Shown piece by piece: positions 41,621 to 51,913 of a DNA stretch of 64,000 bases (position 1 is the stretch's first letter; every line of letters starts with the position of its first letter). Made by a program: the position numbers and the translations under genes. The stretch is from assembly GCA_050014195.1 (NCBI GenBank), contig JBEKDT010000007.1, positions 128,001 to 192,000 of the forward strand, read 5' to 3'. Below the pieces are notes generated by a model. That model was not told the origin of the DNA, searched no databases, and saw only the letters and a program-made list of their open reading frames with translations. Source of the stretch: Desulfomonilia bacterium. GTDB lineage: Bacteria > Desulfobacterota > Desulfomonilia > UBA1062.

Positions 41621-42259
41621 ATGAGCTATAGCAAAAAGCGTGATTTTAATAAGGAGGCAGCTTCCTGGGATGAAGAGCCAGGACGGGTAAAGATTGCTAA
41701 TGATATTGCTGATGCCATATCAGATGAAATAATTTTGACCCCAGATATGTCTTCTTTGGACTTTGGCTGTGGCACGGGTCTTTTGACCCTCAGGTTACAG
41801 CCTTTAGTCCATTCAATAACTGGTGTTGACAGTTCCCAAGGAATGCTTGATGTTCTTAAGGCGAAGATTGAAAATAAGAAGCTGACTAATGTAACAACTG
41901 AATACCTGGATCTAGAGAAGGGTGATGTTCTGGGTGGCATTTACCAACTAATTGTCAGCAGCATGACCTTGCATCATATTCAGAATATAAAACCTCTCTT
42001 CGATGAATTCTACAAGATATTATCTCCTGATGGATATCTCTGCATTGCTGATCTTGATCTCGATGATGGGAAGTTCCATGGCACCAATGAAGGGGTATTC
42101 CACTTTGGTTTTGATCGGGCAAAATTGCGTCAGGTTTTTATGGAGGCAGGATTTGATGCTATCCGGGATCGGACTGCTACAGAAGTAATGAAACCAACTG
42201 CTGATGGAATAAAGCAGCTTTTTACAATATTTCTTATGATAGGCCGGGAAAGTCCTTAA
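41621..42259 (+). CDS. Class I SAM-dependent methyltransferase
   Basis: LDFGCGTG, GVDSS, MTLHH. Confidence 0.92.
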   Translation: MSYSKKRDFNKEAASWDEEPGRVKIANDIADAISDEIILTPDMSSLDFGCGTGLLTLRLQPLVHSITGVDSSQGMLDVLKAKIENKKLTNVTTEYLDLEKGDVLGGIYQLIVSSMTLHHIQNIKPLFDEFYKILSPDGYLCIADLDLDDGKFHGTNEGVFHFGFDRAKLRQVFMEAGFDAIRDRTATEVMKPTADGIKQLFTIFLMIGRESP

Positions 42260-42781
42260 TGGTGTTGTAAAACAAATAATCATACAGATTAGTTAATTAC
42301 ATATGCTTATATACATTTCTCTCGATCGAGTTCAGCTGTTTACATAATAAACCGAAGATAACATGCCAGAAGACACAGTTTCTGATTATTGAATATTTGT
42401 AACCACATAATCACCACTTTGCCCACCCCGTTGATAACTTCGATAACTATTCGGATTTGAATACATGCAAAAACCAGAGATATGTTAAAGATATCTTTAC
42501 TTTTAAGGTCCTATGTCTGGAGTATCGATAGTGGCAAGTTATCATAAATTGATCTCTCGGAAAGTACATATAGCTTGTGGTTATCTCTAGTCGGTCATTA
42601 CTGAATATATCATTCGGAGATCTCAATAGGCTATTCAGAATGGCAAAGTATAAAGATCTATAAGAGATGTGGCATGCTTGCTTAGGGCATTAAATCGCCG
42701 ATAATCATTCATATGTTAAATATAATTTGTACATTTCAATAGTTACATATCATTTCCCATTATAGAGGCTGAGGTCTCCCT

Positions 42782-43336
42782 TCAATCAATGTAGCTTACT
42801 GTGCCCTTCCTGCTACGTTCAGCAACAGTGAACTTGTTTTCAGCTGCTGCATAACCAATGATGATAGCACATTTTAGCCCATAACCTTCAGGGATTCCTG
42901 CATATCGTGCAAGGTCACGGTTGTTCTCACCATTCAATGCCAATGTCGGGCTGACAAGGAAGCATGATCCCAAGCCCTGTCCGGTAGCTTCAAGTAGCAT
43001 ATTCTCTGCAGCAAGGGCTGCATTGACAGCACCATAAGGAGAATTATCCGGAGCAGAAAACAGGATCAGTACAGGTGCTCCATATAGAGGCTGATACCCT
43101 GGCAGAGCTGCTCTACTTTGGAGAAATTCAATGCCAGAGTGAACCATTGCATCGAGTGTCCGATCATTTATTTTTCTACGAAGCTCTGAATTACGGACTA
43201 CCGAAATCTGGAATGGCCCAGCATTCGGAGCCCACCGACCAGCTTCAATTATCTTATCTAGATCATCGGCAGGAACTGACTTATCCAAGTAGGCTCTTAT
43301 ACTTTTCCTCTTTGATATTGCTCCTGTGATATTCAT
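42782..43336 (-). CDS. Nitroreductase family protein
   Basis: RKSIRAY, AGRWAP, AAENMLLEA..GLGSC. Confidence 0.92.
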   Translation of the reverse strand: MNITGAISKRKSIRAYLDKSVPADDLDKIIEAGRWAPNAGPFQISVVRNSELRRKINDRTLDAMVHSGIEFLQSRAALPGYQPLYGAPVLILFSAPDNSPYGAVNAALAAENMLLEATGQGLGSCFLVSPTLALNGENNRDLARYAGIPEGYGLKCAIIIGYAAAENKFTVAERSRKGTVSYID

Positions 43337-43456
43337 TCTCGTTCTCCCTCTTGGTCATCAGTTCTGCACAGCAATAGTACTCATAACAGATCTATAGTCA
43401 TGTCACATTCAATAATTCTGCATAAAGACCGATCGTCTCAGGATTGATATCAATCT

Positions 43457-43786
43457 CTATTCGTTATCCATATCTCCATGCTCTTCAAGGACAATGTTAT
43501 CAGCATCTACGGCAACTTCAGCCTCAACCTCATTAACAACCTCGATCACATTATCCCTTTCTTCCAGAGCAAATATAACAGGGGTTGCCTTATTCATGAT
43601 GGCAGATCGTCTATTTCTTTTGTGAATCTCCTTTGCCTCTTTATTATCATTTTGATTGACTCCACATGAAGGGCAAATGGGTTCTGGTCTGCCCAGGTCA
43701 TAAAACTTGAAGCCACACTTAAAACACTTGTATCGTTCACCAAGATCCATCGGAGTAATCTCCTCTTTCTGGGATTGATTCTCCAT
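43457..43786 (-). CDS. FYDLN-acid (TIGR02300-like) Zn-ribbon protein
   Basis: LGERYKCFKCGFKFYDL..CPSCG with acidic tail. Confidence 0.85.
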   Translation of the reverse strand: MENQSQKEEITPMDLGERYKCFKCGFKFYDLGRPEPICPSCGVNQNDNKEAKEIHKRNRRSAIMNKATPVIFALEERDNVIEVVNEVEAEVAVDADNIVLEEHGDMDNE

Positions 43787-43790
43787 GGTT

Positions 43791-44066
43791 CTACTTATTC
43801 ACCACAGCTTTCAGTGGCTTGCCAGCCTTGAACCGAGGAGCCTTGCTTGCCTTGATCTTTATCTTCTCTTTTGTACGGGGATTCATGCCTGTACGTGCCG
43901 CTCTTTTAGCTACATCAAAGGTTCCAAAGCCTATCAGGGTGACCTTATCACCTTTCTTGAGAGCACCAGTAATTGCCTCTGTAAGGGCATCTACTGCTGT
44001 CAATGATGCTGTCTTTGATATTTTTACCTTCCCTGCAATAACATCCACCAATTCTGTCTTTGTCAT
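43791..44066 (-). CDS. hup: HU DNA-binding protein (paralogue of 32285-32560)
   Basis: High identity to the 32285 copy, including the upstream RBS region. Confidence 0.95.
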   Translation of the reverse strand: MTKTELVDVIAGKVKISKTASLTAVDALTEAITGALKKGDKVTLIGFGTFDVAKRAARTGMNPRTKEKIKIKASKAPRFKAGKPLKAVVNK

Positions 44067-44176
44067 GAGTTCCTCCTCGTATTTATTTAAAAGACCATGT
44101 TGGTACGAATGGTTCCCTTATAAAGAACAGCTGGTATTTTATCCAGCCAAATCTCTTAGGATTATAGTTACCACAT

Positions 44177-44459
44177 ATTGGAGTTCAGACCCTTTATATT
44201 GAGCCGGGCAACCCTTGGGAAAACGGCTATATTGAAAGTTTCAACGGTAAGTTCAGGGATGAATTACTCAATGGGAAGATCTTTTATACACTAAAAGAAG
44301 CAAAAATATTAATTGAGCAATGGCGCATGGAATACAACACTGTCAGGCCGCACAGTTCCTTGAATTATCGTCCTCCAGCGCCAGAGACATACTTAACCAG
44401 AGAATTCATAATGGCTGAAGTCTAACTTAAAAGGTGGTACAAGGATTTGGGGCAGGTCA
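44177..44459 (+). mobile_element. IS3-family 3' remnant with right terminal IR
   Basis: Frame IEPGNPWENGYIESFNGKFRDELLN..YNTVRPHSSLNYRPPA, stop 44425; ends GGGGCAGGTCA at 44459. Confidence 0.85.
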
Positions 44460-44612
44460 GTCGATGACTACAGACAAACCTTTGATTCTGTTGAATGACT
44501 CTCACCCTATCACATGCGAATGGGAAAGAGGTTGGAAAGATTATGAACAAACGGCTATACAAGAATCGCTTGCAAGATAGGGACTGCTTGTTCGCCCGTT
44601 CAGGAGACTGAC

Positions 44613-44912
44613 TTGGTCCGCTGGTATTTATACATTGTCCGGACTGTTGATCAATTAATGTATGCTGGAATATCAACTGATGTTCAAAGACGCTTTAAAG
44701 AGCATATCACCCAAGGTCGAAAAACAGCTAAATACCTTCTTGCCCACAAGCCGCAGAGTTTAGCATTCTCACATCCTGTCGGAGATCGGGCCTTGGCTCT
44801 GAAAGTCGAGTACCACTTCAAGCGACTCTCTAAAAAGGAAAAGGAGAGGGTAGTGGATTCGCAACAATTGGTATTTGACAGGGACTCAGGGAAGATCCGG
44901 GTTGCAGAATAA
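44613..44912 (+). CDS. GIY-YIG nuclease (UPF0213-like)
   Basis: WYLYIV..YAGISTDV.RRF.EH..AKY. Confidence 0.85.
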   Translation: MVRWYLYIVRTVDQLMYAGISTDVQRRFKEHITQGRKTAKYLLAHKPQSLAFSHPVGDRALALKVEYHFKRLSKKEKERVVDSQQLVFDRDSGKIRVAE

Positions 44913-44976
44913 ATTGAATGTGAAATATATACTCTATATTGCTAATGTCACATTCTATATTTTACTACTTTGCGGT

Positions 44977-47187
44977 CTACAACATCTCCGCTGATTCCAG
45001 GCCCATTAACGAGCTGATCCTTGCAGCAAGGTTTGTAAGTCTCTTTGTTGACTTCCTGTTTCTGACTGCAATGGAAAGAGCTTTCCCCTGGCCTATGATG
45101 ATCACCAGTTTCTTCCCTCGTGTTACCGCTGTATAAATCAGATTCCGCTCAAGAAGCGTGTAGTGCTGCATGGAAAGGGGTATAACTACCGCAGGATATT
45201 CAGACCCCTGACTCTTGTGTATGCTTGTGGCATATGCCAGTGATACCTCATCCAATTCCCCGAACTCGTAATCAACAGACCTCTTGTCGAACTCAACAGT
45301 GATCACACCTTCCTCTAGACTGATCTCCCTGATTTGCCCGATATCCCCATTGAAGACCTCCTTATCGTAATTGTTCACCATCTGGATAACCTTGTCACCA
45401 GGGGCAAATGTAGTTCCGTAACGAGTTACCCTGGGTTCTCCCTTATCATTGAGCACCTTCTGCAGCTCGGTATTCAGGGAGCGGGTACCAAGACCTCCAC
45501 GGTTCATGGGTGTCAGTACCTGTATATCCTTTACCGGATGGAAGCCAAATCGATCAGGAATACGTTCAGTAACTACATGGAGTAATTTCTTGTAAATATC
45601 CTCGGGTGTCTCTGATGGTATGAAATAGAAATCGGTGGGTTCTGCTTTTTCTGATTTTAATGGCAGCTCCCCTTTATTTATACGATGGGCATTGACAATA
45701 ATCCGTGATGTAGCTGCCTGGCGAAATATCTCTGTCAATCGAATTGTGGGAAGAGCCCTTGATTCAATGATGTCCGCCAATACTGAACCTGGCCCCACAG
45801 AAGGTAGTTGATCCACATCACCCACAAGTATCAATGCAGTATTGTCCGCAACTGCTGCAAGCAGGCGGTTCATCAATACCACATCCACCATCGAGGTCTC
45901 ATCCACGACAACCAAATCAGTTTCTAGGGGTTCTTCCCGGTTTCGTTTGAAGCTAAAGGATCTTGGGTCATACTCCAGCAGCCGGTGAATTGTCTTGGCC
46001 TCCAAACCGGTGGATTCAGAGAGCCGTTTAGCTGCTCGGCCTGTTGGAGCACAGAGTCTGACTTCCACATGCTTTGCCCGGAGAATGTGAAGTATGGAGT
46101 TGACCAGGGTGGTCTTGCCCACACCCGGACCACCGGTGATGACTACTGCTTTACTTCTCAGGGCAAGTTTCAGTGCTTCACACTGGGATTGTGAAAGGTT
46201 CAGGCCCGTTTTCCCCTCAACCCACGGTATGGCCTTTTCGGCATCGATATTAACCCAGGGGGGAGAACCTCGCACAATACGTTCAATGCTGTTGGCAACT
46301 CCCACCTCGGCCCGGTGGAGCGAGACAAGAAAGAGGCATGGCTTGCCGTCTATCTCTTCCTGAACCAGATTCTTTTGAGTGATCTCTTCATGGATTGCCT
46401 CTTCCAGGGTTGCAACAGGGATCTGAAGCAGCTTCTCAGATTCTGTAACAAGTGTTTCCCAGGGGACAGCGCAGTGGCCGTCTCCTGACATTTCCTGCAA
46501 GACATGCCGCACACCTGCCTGAGCACGAATAAGAGATTCAGAGGAAATGCCCAACTTACCGGCTATGATATCAGAGGTCTTGAAGCCAACACCCTGGATA
46601 TCCAGCGCCAACCGGTAGGGATTCTCGGTTACCTTGATGATAGCAGCATCTCCATAGGTCTTATATATACGTACAGCACGAGCTGTACCGGCACCATGAG
46701 ACTGGAGAAAGAGCATGATCTCCCGAACAGCCTTCTGATCCGCCCAGGCAGAGGTGATCTTCTCCATCCGTTTCTTGCCGATACCGGATAGAGTCATGAG
46801 TTTCTCTGGTTCTTCCTCAATAATGGTAAATATCTCAGCTCCAAAGGCTCCCACGAGAACCTTGGCGAAATGAGGGCCAATACCTTTGACCATACCGGAG
46901 CCGAGATACTTCTCAATTCCTTCAATTGTGTTGGGTGGAACTACCTTCAGGTTATTTGCCTTGAACTGCAGGCCGTGAGTCTTGTCATTATGCCAGATAC
47001 CGAGGCATTCGACAAACTCTCCAGGAGTTACGGAGGCAGCTGAACCTACAACAGGCACTAAGTCCTGGTGTCCTTTTACCTTGACCCGTAAGACACAGAA
47101 TCCTGTCTCTTCATTATGGAAAGTGACCCGTTCAACAGATCCTGAAATACGCTCGGTTTGGGGTTCCGCTGAGACGGCTCTTTTCAT
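44977..47187 (-). CDS. recD2: RecD2-like ATP-dependent helicase
   Basis: GSG.VKGIG Hh[42 protein letters not shown]. Confidence 0.93.
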   Translation of the reverse strand: MKRAVSAEPQTERISGSVERVTFHNEETGFCVLRVKVKGHQDLVPVVGSAASVTPGEFVECLGIWHNDKTHGLQFKANNLKVVPPNTIEGIEKYLGSGMVKGIGPHFAKVLVGAFGAEIFTIIEEEPEKLMTLSGIGKKRMEKITSAWADQKAVREIMLFLQSHGAGTARAVRIYKTYGDAAIIKVTENPYRLALDIQGVGFKTSDIIAGKLGISSESLIRAQAGVRHVLQEMSGDGHCAVPWETLVTESEKLLQIPVATLEEAIHEEITQKNLVQEEIDGKPCLFLVSLHRAEVGVANSIERIVRGSPPWVNIDAEKAIPWVEGKTGLNLSQSQCEALKLALRSKAVVITGGPGVGKTTLVNSILHILRAKHVEVRLCAPTGRAAKRLSESTGLEAKTIHRLLEYDPRSFSFKRNREEPLETDLVVVDETSMVDVVLMNRLLAAVADNTALILVGDVDQLPSVGPGSVLADIIESRALPTIRLTEIFRQAATSRIIVNAHRINKGELPLKSEKAEPTDFYFIPSETPEDIYKKLLHVVTERIPDRFGFHPVKDIQVLTPMNRGGLGTRSLNTELQKVLNDKGEPRVTRYGTTFAPGDKVIQMVNNYDKEVFNGDIGQIREISLEEGVITVEFDKRSVDYEFGELDEVSLAYATSIHKSQGSEYPAVVIPLSMQHYTLLERNLIYTAVTRGKKLVIIIGQGKALSIAVRNRKSTKRLTNLAARISSLMGLESAEML

Positions 47188-47368
47188 CGGTCTTCATCCT
47201 GGAAGAATATTCCCTCTCATCAGGCCATTATTTGTAACGAATCAAAAGACATGATTAGATATCAGAGTAGTAACGGAATAGTTACATAGTCAAGCCTGTT
47301 CTTTGCCTTCTTCATCATCCTCTTAATAGAATACTTTAACATCTTAATATTGTATCGATATCAGTCAG

Positions 47369-48415
47369 TCACCCATGCACTAAGTATAAATAGGGTTGCA
47401 TATTTTCTGATTGTGTTGCTGCCCACTCAAGATAATAAGTACTCATGAGTTGATCTATGATCCCATCCAACCTTCCTGACCGGGAAATTGTCTTCATGCC
47501 AGGCGGCATTGTGCAAATGACATACTCCCGGAGTTTCATTTTATCTTCTTCTCCCATGGCTTGGATTCGCTCCTTAATTCGCTCAAGCTCATCTTTCATG
47601 TTTTGTTCTTCCTTTTTTGTTTCCTTCAAATCACGTTGTGATTGTTCTCCGGCCAATCGTTTCTTTTCTTCCTGGATCCATCCATGCGCAATTTCATCTT
47701 GCCAGCCCTTGTCATTTAGCCAGGTAGTCGGAAGAGGGATTTTGTCCTTTTCTCGATTTCTCCAAAGTGACCGGTTAAGATACTCAATGCATCGTATGAT
47801 AAATATTGCCTGGCGAGGTTCAGGGTTTAGTTGTCTCCATAGCTCACGCGCTCGCTCCTTTTTTTCCTTTCGAGGATATACTGGCCAAAAGGCATTCTCA
47901 AAGAAATCATCGACACGGGTAAAGACACTTTTGACCTTTTCTTGTGTAGAAAAAACCGGAATGGACAATAAAGATTCTTCTAAAGAATCTTTATCTAAAA
48001 CAATACTATGGGTGACATTTTGTCGGGGGGGGGTGACATCCTGACACCGGGGGGGTGATAATTTGTCATGGGAGGGTGACAATTTGTCATGCCCCTCCTT
48101 TTGGCTTCTCTCACTACCAGGAATCATCGATAAATTAACAGTTAACTCTCTTTCGTCCTGACCATCCGGCTTTTTGGAGAACCTCACAATCAGATAGCCC
48201 CTCTCCTCAAGATCTTTGATCCATCGCTGTATACTTCGAGCTTCAACAGAGAGAAGGGCTGCAAAATATGAATTCGAGGCAATAACCCTTTTATCTCCCT
48301 GCATAAATGCGACCTTTGATAATAGAGCTTTTTGCTCAAGAGACAGATCAGGCATCAACAGAAATGGAGCTGTGATAGTAATAAAATCAGTGTTTTTTAA
48401 TTGATAGTTACCCAT
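47369..48415 (-). CDS. Phage/plasmid-type replication initiator (N-terminal HTH)
   Basis: SN.YFA..L.VE.RSIQRWIKDLE.RGYL HTH; FW.VYPRK..K..A..W; internal iterons. Confidence 0.75.
   Translation of the reverse strand: MGNYQLKNTDFITITAPFLLMPDLSLEQKALLSKVAFMQGDKRVIASNSYFAALLSVEARSIQRWIKDLEERGYLIVRFSKKPDGQDERELTVNLSMIPGSERSQKEGHDKLSPSHDKLSPPRCQDVTPPRQNVTHSIVLDKDSLEESLLSIPVFSTQEKVKSVFTRVDDFFENAFWPVYPRKEKKERARELWRQLNPEPRQAIFIIRCIEYLNRSLWRNREKDKIPLPTTWLNDKGWQDEIAHGWIQEEKKRLAGEQSQRDLKETKKEEQNMKDELERIKERIQAMGEEDKMKLREYVICTMPPGMKTISRSGRLDGIIDQLMSTYYLEWAATQSENMQPYLYLVHG
48010..48091. repeat. Four ~21-bp iteron-like repeats GGGTGA(C/T)AWTTTGTC, probable origin
   Basis: Copies at 48010, 48031, 48053, 48074 inside the initiator gene, adjacent to an AT-rich tract. 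Confidence 0.75.
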
Positions 48416-48865
48416 AGAACACTTCCTCGAAGTAACTCTTATCTAACGCTTTGATTATTTTACCATGGTTTGTGATGTTGCGATTTTGAGACGAAGTTAT
48501 GGCGTGGATGTGTACAGATGATGACAAGAAATTATGGAAGCATATGATACTCGAGATCACCATGATTTTGAGAATGGACAGTGATTTATTTTTTATAGAT
48601 ATTCCTAATGCAATGCGCATACATGATCTCTCTTGATTTGGGTGATGGATGGGGAATTCAGATTGAAAGGGCCTGAGTGTGTAACAGATGTGTAGTAGGT
48701 CTACAGATATAGGCCACGGCTTGATGGTCGAGTGATCATATCCCTCCACCATTTTAGATTTACTGAAGGGGTATATTGGGGGCAGATGGTCCGGAAAGCA
48801 AAGTGAGATTAAGGCCTCCATGAGATAAAATCCTAGGCGGCCCAATAAGCTTTTTTCATAGGCCT

Positions 48866-48998
48866 GCTTGCAAACGCTTGCACTTTGCTTGCAGGTTTTT
48901 GGGGTATTTTTAAGGCTATGACTTAATGAAATCAAATAGTTATTGGCGGAGCGCATGGGAATCGAACCCAAGCGATTAGTTGGTACGGATTTGGTACG
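48866..48998. repeat. Integrase arm-type direct repeats on both sides of the att core
   Basis: GCTTGCA x3 (48866, 48876, 48887) and TTGGTACG x2 (48980, 48991). Confidence 0.6.
48944..48970 (-). other. tRNA 3'-end fragment (att core), tRNA-Sec-like
   Basis: Minus strand TGGGTTCGATTCCCATGCGCTCCGCCA: T-arm + acceptor strand + GCCA; no 5' half. Confidence 0.75.
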
Positions 48999-49164
48999 AG
49001 ATTGACTCTCTCGATCTAGTGGTAGCCTAATATGACAGTAGGTAGAGAACCTTTACGCGATAGTCTTTACCTCTGGCTACTTGAGATATTTCAGTACCTA
49101 AAAAAATGGGAGCTTTTGCAGCTCCCAAAAGAGGAGATTTATAGGTATTTGGATCGATATTCAT

Positions 49165-49935
49165 ATGTGGTCGATCACATCTCCTTTCAAGTACCCTTTT
49201 CTCAATGGTCTAATTTCTATAGGCTTTAAATCTATTTGTTTTTTGTTATTGAAAGCGGTAAAATTACTAAGATACAATAAATATTATAGTGAATTATTCA
49301 CTATGATAAAAATGTGTGTGCTTGCAGACCTTGCGATTAGGATTACAGATCAAACATGGGGGGCATGTGCGTTGAGAATCCTCAGATGGAACATAATCTT
49401 TGTTCTTTTATTAATTGGGTGCTCCACAACGAATATAGATTGGGAAGAGGCTCATAATATAGACACGGAGAAAGCATATCAAAATTTTTTACAAAAGCAC
49501 CCAAACAGTGAATACTCAGAACTGGCAAAAGTAAAGCTGGAAACCATTGATTATGAGAATGCAAAAGAAACGGATACTGTGAACGGCTACTCTTTCTATT
49601 TATTGAAATGTCCGCATGGGACACATGTAAAAGAGGTGAGAGCCAGATTAAAAGATATCAGATGTAATGATCCGGGTTATGTTAAAATATTTCCTTCATG
49701 GTTGAAAAAAGGCCTGTCAACAGATCCTAATCGTCACGCCAGTTGGTATTTAGCAAATTCCTATATAGGCATTGAGCCAAATGATATCGGTAGGGGGTAC
49801 AAAGCCGCCGGAGATGACCCGGAGTTTCCCTTGGAATTGGACTGGGGGGCTGGTCAGTTAATTTATTATAGTGGGAAAGGTGTTATCATAGGTCCGAACG
49901 GAAAAGGCGTACTCGTTGGATATCACTGTAAATAG
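49165..49935 (+). CDS. Hypothetical lipoprotein (true start probably ~49371)
   Basis: Lipobox LIGC; AY..FL.KHPNSEY repeat motif. Confidence 0.6.
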   Translation: MWSITSPFKYPFLNGLISIGFKSICFLLLKAVKLLRYNKYYSELFTMIKMCVLADLAIRITDQTWGACALRILRWNIIFVLLLIGCSTTNIDWEEAHNIDTEKAYQNFLQKHPNSEYSELAKVKLETIDYENAKETDTVNGYSFYLLKCPHGTHVKEVRARLKDIRCNDPGYVKIFPSWLKKGLSTDPNRHASWYLANSYIGIEPNDIGRGYKAAGDDPEFPLELDWGAGQLIYYSGKGVIIGPNGKGVLVGYHCK

Positions 49936-49976
49936 ATCATACTTGACGAATGGCGATGTTTATATAATCTAGGCGC

Positions 49977-51836
49977 ATGATCAGCGTAGATAACCTCTGG
50001 AAGGGCTACGGACCCCAGGTGCTCTTCGAGGGGATCAGCTTCAAGATAAACCCCAGGGAGCGTGTAGGCCTTGTCGGTCGCAACGGCCATGGCAAGACTA
50101 CCTTGCTCCGCCTTATCACCGGTGAAGAGGAATCTGATCGGGGTTCAATCGTTATCCCGAAAAATTACCGCATCGGCTATGTCACCCAGCATCTCGGGTT
50201 TACCGAGGATACGGTGCTCAAAGAAGGGATGAAAGGTTTGTCCGAAACCCAGAAAGACCAGCACTGGAAGGTAGAGAAGGTTCTGGCAGGCCTCGGGTTC
50301 TCTACGCTTGACATGGAGCGCCATCCGGACGAATTCTCAGGCGGGTTTCAGGTGAGACTCAATCTCGCCAAGGTCCTGGTCTCAGACCCGGACCTCCTCT
50401 TGCTGGACGAGCCCACGAATTACTTGGACATCACCTCCATCCGATGGATTGAGAGGTTTCTCAATACATGGCCCCGCGAGCTGATCCTCATTACCCATGA
50501 CCGCACTTTTATGGATAGAATTGTAACCCATACCATGGGCATTCATCGCAGGAAGATGCGAAAGATCGAGGGGGACACCGAGAAGTTCTACAACCAGATA
50601 GCCCAGGAAGAGGAGATCTACGAGAAGACACGCGTCAATGATGAGCGCAAGCGCAAGGAGATCGAGGAGTTCATTACCCAGTTCAGGGCCAAGGCCAGAC
50701 TTGTGGGGCTGGTTCAGTCACGCATAAGGCTGCTTGGAAAGATGGGGCGCAAAGAGAAACTAGAAAAGATTAAGTCATTGGAGTTCTCTTTCCGAAGTAC
50801 CTTGTTTTTTGCAAAATATGCATTACAGGCAAAGGATTTGTCATTCTCCTATGACCAATCAATAGAGCTCATTAAGGACTTTAATATCGTCATCCGTCCT
50901 GGTGAGAAGGTCTGCGTCATCGGTCCTAATGGCAAGGGCAAGACCACGCTGCTGAGACTCCTGGCCGGCCAGCTAAAGCCCGATGCCGGTGGGGTTGTCT
51001 ACAACCCCAAGACCATAAAGGGCGTCTTTGAGCAGACAAATGTCAAGTCTCTTGTTGATTCAAGGACTGTGGAAGAGGAGATCATGTACTCGGCCATTGA
51101 TATTGACAAGCAGTCTGCCCGTAATATATGCGGCGCCATGATGTTTGAGGGAGACTATGCAGCCAAGAAGATCGAGGTGCTCTCCGGAGGCGAGAAGAGT
51201 AGGGTGATGCTGGGCAAGCTCCTGGCGACCCCGTTGAACCTCCTGCTGCTGGACGAGCCCACCAACCATCTCGATATGGAAACAAGTGATGCACTACTGG
51301 CTGCGCTTGACAGCTTTGACGGGGCGGTAGTCATGGTCACACACAACGAGATGTTTCTCCACGCATTGGCTGAGCGGCTTATTATCTTCTACCATGACTC
51401 CATTGAGGTATTTGAAGGCGGATACCAAAGGTTCCTCGACAAGGGAGGCTGGGGGGACGAAGAGGTGATTCAAACCATGGTAAAAAAGGAATCAAGACCG
51501 AATCTCGATGATGGAAAGATCAACAAGAAAGAGCTGAGAAAGAAACGCTCGGAGATAATTTCTGAGCGCTCCAAGGTACTGACTCCCCTTGAGAAGAAGA
51601 TTACCCATGCAGAAAATGAGATAGAGCGGCACGAGAATATCATTAAAGAACTGCATGTGTTGTTGCAGCAGGCAACGTTAAAAAAGGATGGGAAGAAGAT
51701 CTTCGAGGTTTCCCATGCCATTCTCGAGAGTGAGCAGGCCATCGAGGCCTGCTTTGCCGATCTTGAGAAAATGCATGCAGCATTTGAGAAGCATCAGGCG
51801 GAATTTGAAGAGAGACTTTCTCTTGTGAGTGATTAG
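49977..51836 (+). CDS. ABC-F family ATPase
   Basis: Two NBDs (GRNGHGKT/FSGG/LLLDEPTN; GPNGKGKT/LSGGE), no TM segments, C-terminal coiled coil. Confidence 0.95.
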   Translation: MISVDNLWKGYGPQVLFEGISFKINPRERVGLVGRNGHGKTTLLRLITGEEESDRGSIVIPKNYRIGYVTQHLGFTEDTVLKEGMKGLSETQKDQHWKVEKVLAGLGFSTLDMERHPDEFSGGFQVRLNLAKVLVSDPDLLLLDEPTNYLDITSIRWIERFLNTWPRELILITHDRTFMDRIVTHTMGIHRRKMRKIEGDTEKFYNQIAQEEEIYEKTRVNDERKRKEIEEFITQFRAKARLVGLVQSRIRLLGKMGRKEKLEKIKSLEFSFRSTLFFAKYALQAKDLSFSYDQSIELIKDFNIVIRPGEKVCVIGPNGKGKTTLLRLLAGQLKPDAGGVVYNPKTIKGVFEQTNVKSLVDSRTVEEEIMYSAIDIDKQSARNICGAMMFEGDYAAKKIEVLSGGEKSRVMLGKLLATPLNLLLLDEPTNHLDMETSDALLAALDSFDGAVVMVTHNEMFLHALAERLIIFYHDSIEVFEGGYQRFLDKGGWGDEEVIQTMVKKESRPNLDDGKINKKELRKKRSEIISERSKVLTPLEKKITHAENEIERHENIIKELHVLLQQATLKKDGKKIFEVSHAILESEQAIEACFADLEKMHAAFEKHQAEFEERLSLVSD

Positions 51837-51913
51837 TGAACAGTGATCACTGATCAGTGAACCGAAAATCGGTTTATCAGTATCCGATCACTTTTTCACC
51901 GCTCACCGGTCAC
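51828..51913. repeat. Heptamer (AGTGANY) tandem repeats in inverted arrangement
   Basis: agtgatt agtgaac agtgatc actgatc agtgaac, then AACCGA-aaa-TCGGTT and tcac-type complements. Confidence 0.65.

Noticed and set aside
48944-48970. Complete tRNA gene
   Set aside because: Only the T-arm and acceptor 3' strand are present; upstream sequence does not form D or anticodon arms.
48408-48971. 187-aa minus-strand ORF
   Set aside because: Starts inside the att core with TTG, no RBS and no recognisable motifs; probably spurious.
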